Assembly (NCBI GenBank): GCA_041743505.1
Contig: JBGTMQ010000019.1
Location: forward strand, 70,147-134,146
Reading direction: 5' to 3'
Length of the DNA stretch: 64,000 bases
DNA from: Candidatus Saccharimonadia bacterium
Lineage (GTDB): Bacteria; Patescibacteriota; Saccharimonadia; UBA4664
Position 1 is the stretch's first letter; the number at the start of each line of letters is the position of its first letter. The notes under the pieces were generated by a model. The model was not told the DNA's origin and did no database searches. It saw only the letters and a program-made list of their open reading frames with translations. A program made the translations under genes and the position numbers. This document shows, in pieces, positions 8,336 through 19,250 of the stretch.

Positions 8336-9451
8336 ATGCAAACAACGATTGCGCATAGCCTATTCGAAGAGTTTGTCACCATCAAAGACGGGCTGACCTG
8401 CTACAAGGCCGGGCTACCCGGCTATGCCAGTAATTTTAGCCGCGACACGCTGTTAGCCGGCATCATCGCGACCGATCAGCATTTGCTTGAGAACCAGCTG
8501 TTGATGAGTTACATGCACCAGGGTAAAGAATATGACGCGATAACCGGGGAGGAGCCCGGGAAAATCCATCACGAATACCCCGGCGTTGAGGTGCATGAAC
8601 CCTACCTCAGCACTTACAATGCCTGTGATACCACGGCCCTTTACCTTATCGGTCTGGAGATACTGGGGCACCTAAACAAGCCCGGGTCAATGAGTTTCCT
8701 GCAGCACCACCGGGAGGGTATTGAGAGCGGCGTGGCCTATATTGAGCGGCATATCCAGGACGACATTTTTTGGGAGTTTCCTCCCCCAGGCGCAAAGCAC
8801 TTTTCGCTCCTCACCACGTACTGGAAAGATTCCATGGTTCCTCGGGCAAGTGGCTCCGCAGAGCCTGACTACCCTGTCGCGTTTGGGCTGGTTCAGTTTC
8901 AGGTGGCCAGAGGTTTGCTCGCGGCTGCCACCATGCTGGAGCGTAACGATCTCAGGGCGCAAGCAGACCGGCTCTTTAGGCGAGGCATAGAAACGTTTAT
9001 GACGGATCAATACTATTGTATTGAGCAAGACAGAACCCGCCGTCTCAAACAAATCTCTTCAGACGAGTTACACGCCTTGGCCTATATCCCTCTAGAATAC
9101 GCCCGGCTCCTTCCCAAAAAAGCCATTAGTCGCCGCGCCACGGGGCTTATAACAAAACCCGGTATTGTTTGTGCACCAAGGGCAGTTGGTACCAAGCTAC
9201 CGGACCAGTACCACGGCTACACCGTGTGGATATTTGAACAGGCACTCATACATTACGGCTGTCAGAAATTTGGCCTCAGCGAAATCGCCGGGGCAGCAAG
9301 GCGCTGTGTCCCATATATTGAACATGGTCAGGAGCGGCTATTAGTCGAACCTGGCGTTAAGTTAGCTGGAAATGACCGCCAGCTCTGGTCGGTCGCGGCA
9401 AAAAAATATTTTTCAAACATGCCTTCCCTCCGCAATATGAGTTGGCTATAA
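8336..9451 (+). CDS. Amylo-alpha-1,6-glucosidase/glycogen-debranching-like six-hairpin glycosidase
   Basis: FSRD, QG...D..TGEEPGKIHHE, DTT.LY and YWKDS motifs. Confidence 0.75.
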   Translation: MQTTIAHSLFEEFVTIKDGLTCYKAGLPGYASNFSRDTLLAGIIATDQHLLENQLLMSYMHQGKEYDAITGEEPGKIHHEYPGVEVHEPYLSTYNACDTTALYLIGLEILGHLNKPGSMSFLQHHREGIESGVAYIERHIQDDIFWEFPPPGAKHFSLLTTYWKDSMVPRASGSAEPDYPVAFGLVQFQVARGLLAAATMLERNDLRAQADRLFRRGIETFMTDQYYCIEQDRTRRLKQISSDELHALAYIPLEYARLLPKKAISRRATGLITKPGIVCAPRAVGTKLPDQYHGYTVWIFEQALIHYGCQKFGLSEIAGAARRCVPYIEHGQERLLVEPGVKLAGNDRQLWSVAAKKYFSNMPSLRNMSWL

Positions 9452-9554
9452 AGAGTTCGTTATACCCCTCGCCTGAAATAAAAAGACGCCCGGCCCAGAC
9501 TACAAGTTGCCCGCTGCGGTATAGTTGATCCATGATCTCGACTAATCCTATAGC

Positions 9555-9995
9555 ATGATTAAAACTGAAGAGTTGATCTATCAAGACATCGAACATATCG
9601 TCACGCCGCCGTACATCCAGCTTGCTCATGTCTTCGTGACGTGGCAAAAAAAGGTCTTGCTCGTCCGTCGCAATATCGAACCTACCAAGGGCCTATGGAG
9701 TATTCCGGGCGGCCATGTTGAAAAGGACGAGACATACCTGGCGGCTGCCATAAGGGAATTACAGGAGGAAACCGGAATCGCTGCCTCGGACCTAAGGCCA
9801 ATGTTTATTTATTTGAATCACGAACATAACATTGAAGTCCATCTTTTTCACGCCACAAGTAAAGACGGTGCTCACTCAAACCTAGAGCCAATAGTACATG
9901 ACATGATCACTTGGAAAACAATCAGCGAAGCCAGGGAACTGCCCTTAACGCCTGGCTTTGGCTTATTCTTCGACGAGCTCAAGCCGCTCTTATAG
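9555..9995 (+). CDS. NUDIX hydrolase
   Basis: PGGHVEKDETYLAAAIRELQEETG Nudix box. Confidence 0.9.
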   Translation: MIKTEELIYQDIEHIVTPPYIQLAHVFVTWQKKVLLVRRNIEPTKGLWSIPGGHVEKDETYLAAAIRELQEETGIAASDLRPMFIYLNHEHNIEVHLFHATSKDGAHSNLEPIVHDMITWKTISEARELPLTPGFGLFFDELKPLL

Positions 9996-10063
9996 ACTTT
10001 TAGCCTTACTTCAGCCAAAATAGGCAAAGTACATCTCACGGAGGGTGAGAAAGGCTCGGGCGG

Positions 10064-11500
10064 GTGCGCCGGACCACAGCCATTAGTCTCATATTCGCCG
10101 CCTTGCTTGCAGGCATAGCGCTGGGTCGGTTCGGCTTCACCATCCCGGTCTGGATGGTAGCCGCGGCTACCATCGGCGCCCTCGTCATCTGCCGTACCCG
10201 CCTGTTCACCCTAGGCCTGATAATACTGGCGCTAACACTTGGACTATGGCGCACCGAAGTCTACCTGGCGCAACAGGGAATCATCACAGATCTAGTAGGT
10301 CAGAAAATCGTCGCGGAAGGCATCGTCGCCGATGATCCCAGCTTCGACCCGCGCGGCTTCATAGTGTTTAAGCTCGGCGAGCTCAAACTAAACGGCCAAG
10401 CCGTACCCGGCGACATCCAGATCAGGATGTACCAGACCAACATGCATCGTGGCTACCAGGTCCATGCCGAAGGCAAGCTACGGGCCGGCTTTGGCAATAC
10501 GCTGGCAGAATTAAGCTATCCCAAACTCCAAATCGTATCAATGCAACAGTCCTGGCTGGAGCAAATCCGTCAAAAGTTCTTCGTCGGCATGAAAACAGCT
10601 CTGGCCGAACCAATGGCCTCGTTCGGTCTGGGGCTTCTGGTCGGGATCCGCTCGCTCATCCCCAAGGACATGGCGGCACAGTTATCGCTGGTGGGCCTAA
10701 GCCACTTGGTTGCGGTATCCGGCTACAACCTCACCATTATCGTGACGGCGGCCCACCGGCTACTCGAGCGCTTCGGGCGGGGAATTGCCCTCATCAGCTC
10801 GCTGTGGCTTATCGGCGGGTTCCTGCTGGTAACGGGTGCCAGCGCCAGCATCGTCCGGGCCAGCTTTGTGTCGGTGCTGGCTCTTTTTGCCGCCTTCTAC
10901 GGCCGCCGGTTCGATGCCATGGCCATTATTCTCCTCACCGCCGGTCTCACAGCCATCTATAAACCGGCCTATCTGTCCGACCTGGGTTGGCTCCTGTCGT
11001 ATCTGGCTTTCTTTGGCATCATGATCCTGGCGCCGGCCCTACAGGCACGTCTGGGCAATCCCAAGAACATCCTGGTCAAACTATTTATCGAGTCCTCAGC
11101 CGCTCAAATCATGACTGTTCCGCTCATTTTGTTCTTTTTCGGCGAATTATCCATCGTGGCGCCATTCACGAACCTCATCATCCTGCCCATGGTGCCGCTC
11201 GCCATGCTGCTTGGTTTCGTAGCGGGGCTGGCCGGCATGATAGCCCCGGCCTTTGCCGGCTGGCTCGCCTGGCCGGCCGACCTGCTCCTGCGGTTTATGC
11301 TGGGTATCGTACAATACGCCGCCGACCTGCCCTGGGCCGGAACTACATTCAAAATTACCTTGGTTAGCATGCTCGTGATGTACGGCCTCATCATTGCTGC
11401 CATCGTCGTGATGAAGCGGATTAACCAGCGTTCGGGGGCCATAGAAGAGTATCGAAGCCCGCTGGTCGAGCCGGGCCTGTCTACTAAAATCCCGGGGTAG
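10064..11500 (+). CDS. comEC: ComEC/Rec2 competence channel (no C-terminal MBL domain)
   Basis: GLSHLVAVSGYN, SASIVRA and DLGWLLSY motifs; many TM helices. Confidence 0.9.
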   Translation: MRRTTAISLIFAALLAGIALGRFGFTIPVWMVAAATIGALVICRTRLFTLGLIILALTLGLWRTEVYLAQQGIITDLVGQKIVAEGIVADDPSFDPRGFIVFKLGELKLNGQAVPGDIQIRMYQTNMHRGYQVHAEGKLRAGFGNTLAELSYPKLQIVSMQQSWLEQIRQKFFVGMKTALAEPMASFGLGLLVGIRSLIPKDMAAQLSLVGLSHLVAVSGYNLTIIVTAAHRLLERFGRGIALISSLWLIGGFLLVTGASASIVRASFVSVLALFAAFYGRRFDAMAIILLTAGLTAIYKPAYLSDLGWLLSYLAFFGIMILAPALQARLGNPKNILVKLFIESSAAQIMTVPLILFFFGELSIVAPFTNLIILPMVPLAMLLGFVAGLAGMIAPAFAGWLAWPADLLLRFMLGIVQYAADLPWAGTTFKITLVSMLVMYGLIIAAIVVMKRINQRSGAIEEYRSPLVEPGLSTKIPG

Positions 11501-11630
11501 CCTCTAGAGCTTGCCTAAAACAGATAATCGTGCTATAATAATATACAGAGCTATCGTCATTCCCCCGCACAGGATGGATCCAAGATGACAGTCTCGATCA
11601 TTTACTTGACCCCAGCCCAACAAGCCGGAC

Positions 11631-11978
11631 ATGTCGCACCCAGCTCCGACTGGGCACACTGCACAGCCTGCGGTGGGACAATCCGCTATCGGGCTGCTAG
11701 CCCGGCTAGCCGCACCTCGGCCAAGGCGGCCTGACATGGTCAGATTTCAGCCGGAAACCCAGCTTGAGATAGCGACCGCCATTGCAGTCATGCTGGATGC
11801 CGAACTAAACCGGAAACTGCCATGGTATGCCCGGTGTGCCAGAGAAGGTTGCGACAGCCTTCTCAAAATTACCGGCACGCGCGTGTTCATCGCTGGCAAT
11901 CCCCCAATCCGGTGCCCGGCCTGCCATGTGGTGGCTCCCTGGAGCGAATTCAGGCATCGGCCACACCATCCGTCTTAA
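11631..11978 (+). CDS. Hypothetical protein with C-terminal Zn-ribbon
   Basis: CAREGC...CPAC; upstream TATAAT promoter and downstream hairpin; start uncertain. Confidence 0.5.
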   Translation: MSHPAPTGHTAQPAVGQSAIGLLARLAAPRPRRPDMVRFQPETQLEIATAIAVMLDAELNRKLPWYARCAREGCDSLLKITGTRVFIAGNPPIRCPACHVVAPWSEFRHRPHHPS

Positions 11979-11982
11979 CTTA

Positions 11983-12015
11983 TAAGGCCCGGGTACACGT
12001 TGTACCCGGGCCTTA
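11983..12015. terminator. Perfect 15-bp hairpin, probable terminator
   Basis: TAAGGCCCGGGTACA-cgt-TGTACCCGGGCCTTA. Confidence 0.65.
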
Positions 12016-12062
12016 AATCTTGCAGCTTCGAACCCGCCCGTAACCTGAGCTATAATTATCCC

Positions 12063-12542
12063 ATGCTGATAAGCTTTCGCGATCTTGAGCACTTCCGGGC
12101 CGCCTATCCTGGCCAAAGGATTGTTTTTGGTGGCGGAACGTTCGATCTACTCCATCGCGGCCACCTTGAATTTCTCCAGGGATTACGCCGCCGTGGCGAT
12201 ATCGTGGTTGTATCCGTAGCCAGCGATAAAAATGTGATACGGCGCAAAGGCCCCGCCCGTCCTATCATCAAACAAGCCGACCGCCTACGTTTAATTGAAG
12301 CCATGAAGTATGTCGATGCGGCTTTAATTTCCCCCACAAATTTTAAAAACAACCTCTCACCCTCAACCCAAATTATGCACGCGCTTCGCCCCGAAATTTT
12401 CGTTAGCAAAGATCCTAAATGGTTCAATTATGTAGCTAAAATCACCCAGTTTGGTGCTAAATTCGTCTATGACGACCAGCCCAAGCGGGAATCCACTACT
12501 CGCATTATCCGTCGGGTGGTCACTCGGCATGGCTTTTCATAG
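12063..12542 (+). CDS. Cytidylyl/adenylyltransferase family (RfaE-II/TagD-like)
   Basis: GGTFDLLHRGH (HxGH), RRKGPARPI and STTRII motifs. Confidence 0.85.
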   Translation: MLISFRDLEHFRAAYPGQRIVFGGGTFDLLHRGHLEFLQGLRRRGDIVVVSVASDKNVIRRKGPARPIIKQADRLRLIEAMKYVDAALISPTNFKNNLSPSTQIMHALRPEIFVSKDPKWFNYVAKITQFGAKFVYDDQPKRESTTRIIRRVVTRHGFS

Positions 12543-12599
12543 CCACACTTAATTGGTATAATAAAGTCAATCTCCCAGCCTAATCCAAGGGGAACACGC

Positions 12600-13346
12600 A
12601 TGTCCGGTCACTCAAAATGGGCTTCCATCAAACACCAGAAGGGCGTTAAAGACGCCCGGCGCGGCGCGTCATTTACCAAGTTCGCCAACCTAATCTCCGT
12701 AGCCGCCCGTAGTGGCGCCGATCCGGCCACCAACTTCAAGCTGCGCCTGGCCGTTGATTCGGCCAAAAAAGCCAGCGTACCCAACGCCAACATCGAGCGG
12801 GCCATCAAACGCGGCGCCGGCCTCGACGGTGGCACCTCCTTCGAGGAGGTCATGTACGAAGGCTACGGCCCGGGCGGCGTTGCTATCCTTGCCGAAACCG
12901 CCACCGATAACCGCAACCGCACCGCCAGCGATGTCCGCAGCGCCTTCACCAAACACGGCGGCAGCCTCGGCACGACCGGCTCGGTCGCCTACCAGTTTGT
13001 CCAGCGCGGCCTCATCATCATCCCGGCCACCGACCTGGACACAGCCACCATGGACGCCATTGAGTCCGGCGCCGAAGACGTCGAGGAAGTCGATACCAGC
13101 CTCATCATCTACACCAAGCCGGCCGAGCTCGATGCCGTTCGCAAAACCCTGGCAGGCATTGGCTACGCCGCCGAAAAGGCCGAACTCAGCTTTGAACCCG
13201 GCACCACCATCCAAGTCACCGACGAAGCCACCGCCCGCAAACTCCTCCGCCTCATGGACGCCCTCGACGCCCTCGATGACGTCACCGCCACCTACGTCAA
13301 TTTCGACATTGATCCCAAATTGATGGAGCAGCTGGCCCTGCCTTAG
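12600..13346 (+). CDS. yebC: YebC/PmpR family protein
   Basis: MSGHSKW start; YEGYGPGG and TDNRNRT motifs. Confidence 0.97.
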   Translation: MSGHSKWASIKHQKGVKDARRGASFTKFANLISVAARSGADPATNFKLRLAVDSAKKASVPNANIERAIKRGAGLDGGTSFEEVMYEGYGPGGVAILAETATDNRNRTASDVRSAFTKHGGSLGTTGSVAYQFVQRGLIIIPATDLDTATMDAIESGAEDVEEVDTSLIIYTKPAELDAVRKTLAGIGYAAEKAELSFEPGTTIQVTDEATARKLLRLMDALDALDDVTATYVNFDIDPKLMEQLALP

Positions 13347-13387
13347 GTCCGGTGCTCTGTTAATGTTCTTATGCTAATATCAGGAAC

Positions 13388-13870
13388 ATGAGCAAGCCCG
13401 TAAGTAAATACCTCAAATACATTTTGGTCGCAGCAGTTCTAATTGGCCTGGTGATCATCATCTTTGCAGCCAGAAACATCACCGAAACGGTTGAGACAGT
13501 CGACCAGTCAAGCGCACCAAAGCCCGCCGCTATCGCAAATGACAGTCAGGTGCTGCGAAAAGGCGTTTTCAGTAACGCAGACGCAGTCCATAGCGGCAGC
13601 GGCACAGCCAGTGTCATCCAAACTAACCAAGGCCTGGTAATAAAATTCGAGAATTTTAAGGTGACTGCTGGGCCAGACTTGCTTGTCTACTTAACAAAAA
13701 ATAACTTCGAAAACACCAAGAGCCCCGGCGAATTCGTATCACTCGGCAAGCTCAAGAGCACCAGCGGCGAACAGGTGTATGCATTGCCCGACAATGCCTC
13801 GGAATATGCCTCAATCATCGTATGGTGCCGCGCTTTCAGTGTATCTTTCACCGGAGCCGTGCTGAGGTAA
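13388..13870 (+). CDS. DM13 domain membrane-anchored protein
   Basis: N-terminal TM; H.GSG.A, GPDLLVYL, LGKLK..SGEQ.Y and IVWCRAFSVSF motifs. Confidence 0.85.
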   Translation: MSKPVSKYLKYILVAAVLIGLVIIIFAARNITETVETVDQSSAPKPAAIANDSQVLRKGVFSNADAVHSGSGTASVIQTNQGLVIKFENFKVTAGPDLLVYLTKNNFENTKSPGEFVSLGKLKSTSGEQVYALPDNASEYASIIVWCRAFSVSFTGAVLR

Positions 13871-13966
13871 GCAAGGCCTCAAAACGCTGTGATTACATGA
13901 ATACCAACCACTAAAACGCCCGGCTCAATTAGCTCGGGCGCTTTAGTCGTTACGTTAAATCAGAAA

Positions 13967-14593
13967 CTAAAAGTAGGTCAGGCGGGCATCCACGGTGCTG
14001 TCGTCAACCCGGAAATTGAGGTTTGGACCATGGTTCTGGACCTGAACCTTGATGGGGAAGGTGCAAGGTCCAGCCTGATGCTTCTTCGGGCACTTGAGGT
14101 AAGCTGTTCGCGAGAAAGCATTGCTCTCCCAGGCATTCGGATCGGTTTGGCTGTTAGCCCAGGCAAACGAGTCTGGCTCCGGGGCGGTTGGCTGGCCTTC
14201 AGCACCATCAATCAGCACCCGGCCCTGGCACCATTGGTTGTTGGTCGCATCCCCCGTGGTACAGGTGACTTCAGCGTCAGTCTTAACGACCACTAGAGCG
14301 CTCTTACCACGCGGTACAGTCACGCTAAAGGTGCCGCAATCCAAGTCAACCCAACTCGTGCTGGTGTAGAAGCCGGGCGTATTATTGGTGTAAACCCGGT
14401 TTTGGGTAGCGCTGTTCGTAGCCGAGAACAAAGTACAATCAGGTGTAGCCAAGGCCGCGATAGCTTTGGCATCTGTCTGGCTGTCTTGCGCACTCAGGGC
14501 CAACGTATCGGCTAACACCGGAGAGGCGCCAAATATCAGCACACCAACCAGTGCGGCTGCAGCTGCAATTTTCTTAGACAATGTTAAGGACAT
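13967..14593 (-). CDS. Secreted Cys-containing hypothetical protein
   Basis: Signal peptide ending VLA; GGAG RBS; downstream hairpin at 13911-13946. Confidence 0.65.
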   Translation of the reverse strand: MSLTLSKKIAAAAALVGVLIFGASPVLADTLALSAQDSQTDAKAIAALATPDCTLFSATNSATQNRVYTNNTPGFYTSTSWVDLDCGTFSVTVPRGKSALVVVKTDAEVTCTTGDATNNQWCQGRVLIDGAEGQPTAPEPDSFAWANSQTDPNAWESNAFSRTAYLKCPKKHQAGPCTFPIKVQVQNHGPNLNFRVDDSTVDARLTYF

Positions 14594-14878
14594 GAATGGT
14601 CTCCGTTTAGTTATTTGGTCTACAAGGCAAATATCTGCCAGCCGTGAGCTCTACGACATGAGTCATCATGAGATCAAAGCATAAGCATTATTAGGCCAAA
14701 AATACTAAAATTCATCACCGGTTAGTAGCTTATTTTAACAATCCTGACAAAAAATTTATGCTCCGGCACTTAATTCCAGATGCCTCAGGTACAGGTAATA
14801 AAAAGCAGCATAAGCAATATTCAAGCAGCAAATTGCCAATAATATTACAAACTTGCCACCTTGGTTTTATTTATCCAG

Positions 14879-15682
14879 CTACGAAACAATAAAAATTGGC
14901 AGCCAATGCGGGTAATACGCATGAATCAGTGCCAAGTACAAAATGAAATCAAGCGTCAAATGGATCGTCACAATGTAGAGCAATGAACCGGTCCGTCGGA
15001 AAATATAGCCCTGGCTCAATGCAAACAAGAAGATTGCGGCCGGTCCCCAGCCGCGGAATCCAAGCTCATACAAAAACGAGGTGAACAGAACGGCCTGGGC
15101 CAAGTTAGCCCAAACAAATGGTAAATAACGGCGAAACACAGCTAGCACGGTGCAGATAAAGAACAGCTCATCCCAGAGCCCGAGCCCGTTGGTGCCAATA
15201 AATAACCTGATGAGGCCGTCAGTCGTCGGTTCGACCGACCAGTTCTGATATGAACCCGTGTCCGCCAGGTAAAAGGGCAGGAGCAAGTAGGCAATTGCGG
15301 CTGTCACAAAAATGTAGATGAACTCACTGCGATGCCACCGGCGCTTGTTATGAATCGGAAATTGAATCAAATCTTCCCGCATCAAGTACTTGGATACCGC
15401 ATACGGTATAGCCACGGCCAGGGTCAGCGTCAAGGCCATTTGAAGCATATGGGCGTTGCTAACGTCGGTATTAATCGGCGTTATACCCAACAGCGCTAGC
15501 GAGCCCAACACCAGTGGCAAATGCCGGCGAATCGGGTGCGATGAGGCCAGCGTCAACACCAGGGTCAGCGCCCACAGCGACCAACCAGGCACCTGCCACT
15601 GCAGTCCGATCAGCACCACACCGCTGAGGCAAGTCAAGGCAATAAGTAAGGGTGGGGCTAAGATAGACCTAATCTGCTGCAT
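14879..15682 (-). CDS. CPBP (CAAX/Abi) intramembrane metalloprotease
   Basis: Multi-TM; WDELFF motif, and C-terminal IHLTLD motif. Confidence 0.75.
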   Translation of the reverse strand: MQQIRSILAPPLLIALTCLSGVVLIGLQWQVPGWSLWALTLVLTLASSHPIRRHLPLVLGSLALLGITPINTDVSNAHMLQMALTLTLAVAIPYAVSKYLMREDLIQFPIHNKRRWHRSEFIYIFVTAAIAYLLLPFYLADTGSYQNWSVEPTTDGLIRLFIGTNGLGLWDELFFICTVLAVFRRYLPFVWANLAQAVLFTSFLYELGFRGWGPAAIFLFALSQGYIFRRTGSLLYIVTIHLTLDFILYLALIHAYYPHWLPIFIVS

Positions 15683-15751
15683 AGCTTTAATAATAGCAAA
15701 TTGGCATTAGCACTTTGAAATACTTACGCTTATATGATAGCCTGAGCTTAA

Positions 15752-16987
15752 ATGAGGGCTTGGTCTATGGTATCTTTACGCTGGTTCGCCAGCATTTTAG
15801 TGTTTGCGCTGTTAGGTTCACTCGTACCTTTGGTGCCGGCTTCGGCTCAGGTAACTGTATCTTCTTCGTCGGCCGTCCATCAAAAACGGGTCTGCAATCA
15901 ACCGGGCAAGAATGCGGCTAGTTGTTACATGCGCGTTCGCACCAATGCCCAAAACTATGCCACGGCCGGTGTCCTGCCGGCCGGCTATGGACCCGCCCAA
16001 CTGCACGCGGCCTATGGTACCCCCACAACCGCCGCCGATCCGCCAACCGTCGCGGTTGTTACAGCCTACGACCATCCTCGCATCAAGAGTGACCTCGACG
16101 TCTACAACGCTACCTTCGGCCTTCCGGCGTTTCCTTCCTGCACGAGCACGGTGACCACCGGTTGCTTCTTCAAGGTCAACCAGCGCGGAACTACAACCGG
16201 TTTTCCGCGAACCCACGCTGGCTGGGCGCTCGAGACGGCCCTTGATGTCGAGACGCTCCATCAGACCTGCCAAAACTGCAAGCTTATCCTGGTCGAGGCC
16301 ACCACCAGCAGCTACACCAATCTCATGACCGCCGTTGATACGGCCGTGCGCTTAGGTGCCACCATCGTGTCGGGCTCCTGGGGCTCGACAGAATTTGCCA
16401 GCCAGACCAAATACGACGCTCGCTTCAACAAGCCCGGCGTCGCCTTCGTCTTTGCTGCCGGCGACAGCGGCTACGGTGTTAGCTACCCGGCCTCATCGCC
16501 CTACGTCACGGCTGTTGGCGGCACCACGCTCCGCCTTAACGCCGACGGCACCCGGGCCAGCGAAACCGTCTGGGCCAACACCGGCAGCGGCTGCAGCCGG
16601 TATGAACCCAAGCCGGCTTGGCAAACCGATACCTTGTGCTCCAACCGCACCACCACTGACGTTGCCGCCCTCGGTGACCCAGCCACCGGCGCCGCCATTT
16701 ACTCCAGTGTACGTTATGGTGGTGTCAAAGGCTGGTTCAAGGTCGGCGGCACCAGCCTGGCCGCGCCGCTCATTGCCGGCATTTACGCTCTCAATGGCAA
16801 AGTACCCGCAGACGCGGTTGGTGGCTCACTGCCATACGCCCAGGGCAACGCCTCAAACCTGTACGACATCACCACCGGCTCCAATGGCAGCTACGCTTCC
16901 GCCTACCTCTGCACCGGCCTCCTGGGTTATGACGGCCCCACCGGCCTCGGCGTACCCTCCGGTATCACCGCCTTCGGCCGCCCATAA
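15752..16987 (+). CDS. Secreted S53 (sedolisin-like) serine peptidase
   Basis: Signal peptide; ETALDVE, AAGDSG, YPASSPYVTAVGGT and GGTSLAAP motifs. Confidence 0.9.
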   Translation: MRAWSMVSLRWFASILVFALLGSLVPLVPASAQVTVSSSSAVHQKRVCNQPGKNAASCYMRVRTNAQNYATAGVLPAGYGPAQLHAAYGTPTTAADPPTVAVVTAYDHPRIKSDLDVYNATFGLPAFPSCTSTVTTGCFFKVNQRGTTTGFPRTHAGWALETALDVETLHQTCQNCKLILVEATTSSYTNLMTAVDTAVRLGATIVSGSWGSTEFASQTKYDARFNKPGVAFVFAAGDSGYGVSYPASSPYVTAVGGTTLRLNADGTRASETVWANTGSGCSRYEPKPAWQTDTLCSNRTTTDVAALGDPATGAAIYSSVRYGGVKGWFKVGGTSLAAPLIAGIYALNGKVPADAVGGSLPYAQGNASNLYDITTGSNGSYASAYLCTGLLGYDGPTGLGVPSGITAFGRP

Positions 16988-17048
16988 TAAAAACAGCCCC
17001 GAACCGGTCCCGCGCTTATAGCGCTAGACCAGTTCGGGGCCAATGGGT

Positions 17049-17840
17049 TCAGATAAGATTATGCTTTTGCAGGGCAGTTACCAGCGCCTCAACGTCGTAT
17101 TGCAAGTCATGGACGCCATCCACCACAATAAGCCGTTCGCGCGGCAGGTGGGCGAGTGCCTGTTGCACCGTCTCCAGGGCAAAGAGCACATCATCCCGGG
17201 CTAAAACGACGTATACTTCTACGCCTTTCTCTTCCACCCGCTGCATCAGCTGCCCGGTCTCAGAATACTGAGCCACCGCCCGGCCCTCGGTTATGGCGCG
17301 CCAAGGGTTAGCGCCAATATAGACTGCTCCGTCAATCAGGCCGCGTAATGTCGCCCAGCGCACGTTCTGGCTCGCGTGCCGCAGGCAGCTCACCATACTT
17401 TGTAGTGACTTGCGCGATACCGCCCGCATCAGCCTCATAAACTGCTCTTCCGGAACAAATCCTGCGCCGCATACGATCACCACGCGCTCAAATAGCTCCG
17501 GGTGCTCATGCGCAGCCATCAAGCCGGTCATACCACCCATGGAATGAAAGATGCCGGTGGCGCCGGACACTCCACGCGCCTGCAACCGCGTCGCAATATT
17601 GTTGGCCAATCTCTGAAGCGGTAGAGGGTAAAGGCCGGACGGGTCACGCTCACCACCCCAGCGCGGCGAGTCAATAAGCAGTATCCCGCGCCCGGTCTCG
17701 GCTGCCAGCTCATGCATAAGCGGTTCAAAGCCGAATCCGCTCTCTCCCAGGCCAGGAACCATCACAATCAGGTTACGCGTCTGACCACCGCTTAGATCCA
17801 CTACGCCATCAGAGCGCACCGGTTCCACCTGCTTTCGCAT
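17049..17840 (-). CDS. Alpha/beta hydrolase
   Basis: VPGLG oxyanion region, FHSMGG nucleophile elbow, DVLF and GVHD motifs. Confidence 0.8.
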   Translation of the reverse strand: MRKQVEPVRSDGVVDLSGGQTRNLIVMVPGLGESGFGFEPLMHELAAETGRGILLIDSPRWGGERDPSGLYPLPLQRLANNIATRLQARGVSGATGIFHSMGGMTGLMAAHEHPELFERVVIVCGAGFVPEEQFMRLMRAVSRKSLQSMVSCLRHASQNVRWATLRGLIDGAVYIGANPWRAITEGRAVAQYSETGQLMQRVEEKGVEVYVVLARDDVLFALETVQQALAHLPRERLIVVDGVHDLQYDVEALVTALQKHNLI

Positions 17841-17953
17841 GTTCGAAAGGTACTCTGCGACCGGATGATCACAGCCAGAAGCTACATTACATCACAATTC
17901 TTAGCCAAACACAAGCACTAATATCCTGCCGCCCGGCTTGATAAGATAACAGC

Positions 17954-18436
17954 ATGAGAATCCTCGGGGTAGATCCCGGCACTGCTACCACCGGCTTTGG
18001 TGTCATCGAACACGAGCGCGGCCAATTTGCCTTTGTCGATGCCGGTGTCATCACCACGCCCCCGAACCAGCCAATGCCTATGCGCCTTGTCACGCTCCAC
18101 CAGGAGCTGGCCCAGGTCATCGCCGACGCCAAACCGGATCAGGCGGCGGTAGAGCTATTATATTTTGCCACCAACGTCACCACCGCCATCACCGTTGGCC
18201 AGGCCAGGGGAGTCATCCTCCTCACCTTGGCCGAAGCTAGCCTCATCCCGGCCGAGTACACCCCAATGCAAATCAAGCAAGCCGTTACCGGCTACGGCGG
18301 AGCCAAAAAACCCCAAATCCAGGAAATGGTTCGTGTCCTACTAAAACTACCCATCATCCCCAAACCCGACGACGCCGCCGACGGCCTGGCCATCGCCATC
18401 ACCCACGCTAATCAAGTCAAGACCCCGAGCCCATGA
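17954..18436 (+). CDS. ruvC: Holliday junction resolvase RuvC
   Basis: ILGVDPG, QARGV and PDDAADGLAIA motifs. Confidence 0.97.
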   Translation: MRILGVDPGTATTGFGVIEHERGQFAFVDAGVITTPPNQPMPMRLVTLHQELAQVIADAKPDQAAVELLYFATNVTTAITVGQARGVILLTLAEASLIPAEYTPMQIKQAVTGYGGAKKPQIQEMVRVLLKLPIIPKPDDAADGLAIAITHANQVKTPSP

Positions 18437-18470
18437 AGGCCCAAGAACCATAAATCTAAATCTCATATGA

Positions 18471-18498
18471 TTGACAATAAAGAAAAAAGTAGTATAAT
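18471..18498 (+). promoter_or_regulatory. Sigma70 promoter
   Basis: TTGACA-16 bp-TATAAT in AT-rich DNA. Confidence 0.7.
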
Positions 18499-18569
18499 AA
18501 AAATGTATTTTGACAACGTCATAAGACTATAGATCACCGCCACTATCCGGATATCGGTGAAATCCTACA

Positions 18570-19250
18570 ATGAGAGAGGTCGTTATGACCACCTCCAGTC
18601 AGCCTGTTCATACCCCTGGCCGGGTCTACCCCTACGCCAGCCTGCTGCTTTCGCTTCGGGAGCAGCTGGCCCGCCTCCGCGCCTACAATCCGCAATTCTG
18701 GGGTGGGCAGCTCACCGAGGCACAGCTCGACGCAGTCGATACCACCAGCGACCATACCCAATCAGTCGAGGACCTCGAGGTACTCTACGTCGACTTTGGT
18801 TCGCCGGAGGCCAACCTCGAGCTGTGGTGGAGAGTGCTGGCCGGTACTCAGCCTGACTCCCATCGCTGGTCAACCTTGGTATCAGGCCAAATGAATCTGC
18901 GTCTCGCCGGGTGCGCCCGCCAGTACGAGCCCGGCATCCACAAGATCCGGATCAATCTAGTGGCTCACTGGGAACCCGTGTCCGGCCGCTCTGTCAATCA
19001 AGTCAGAGTCCTGGCCAAGACCAACGGCGAGACACTCGCACACGCTGAAGCCCTGGCTGCCTACGGTCTCCACGATCGGCTGCTTCGGGAGCAGGATGGT
19101 GACATGTTCCCGCACACGACGCTAGCAGGCTGGCAGGATGTCATGCGGTTCCAATGGTACTTGTACGGCCGCCGGGTCATCCTGTGGCCCGGCGGGGCCA
19201 GCACTCTGAGCTGCTCCTCTGCCGTACCGGTGATCATCCCGGAATCGTAA
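18570..19250 (+). CDS. Hypothetical protein
   Basis: 226-aa ORF between a promoter and a long hairpin (19273-19320); true start may be the second Met. Confidence 0.65.
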   Translation: MREVVMTTSSQPVHTPGRVYPYASLLLSLREQLARLRAYNPQFWGGQLTEAQLDAVDTTSDHTQSVEDLEVLYVDFGSPEANLELWWRVLAGTQPDSHRWSTLVSGQMNLRLAGCARQYEPGIHKIRINLVAHWEPVSGRSVNQVRVLAKTNGETLAHAEALAAYGLHDRLLREQDGDMFPHTTLAGWQDVMRFQWYLYGRRVILWPGGASTLSCSSAVPVIIPES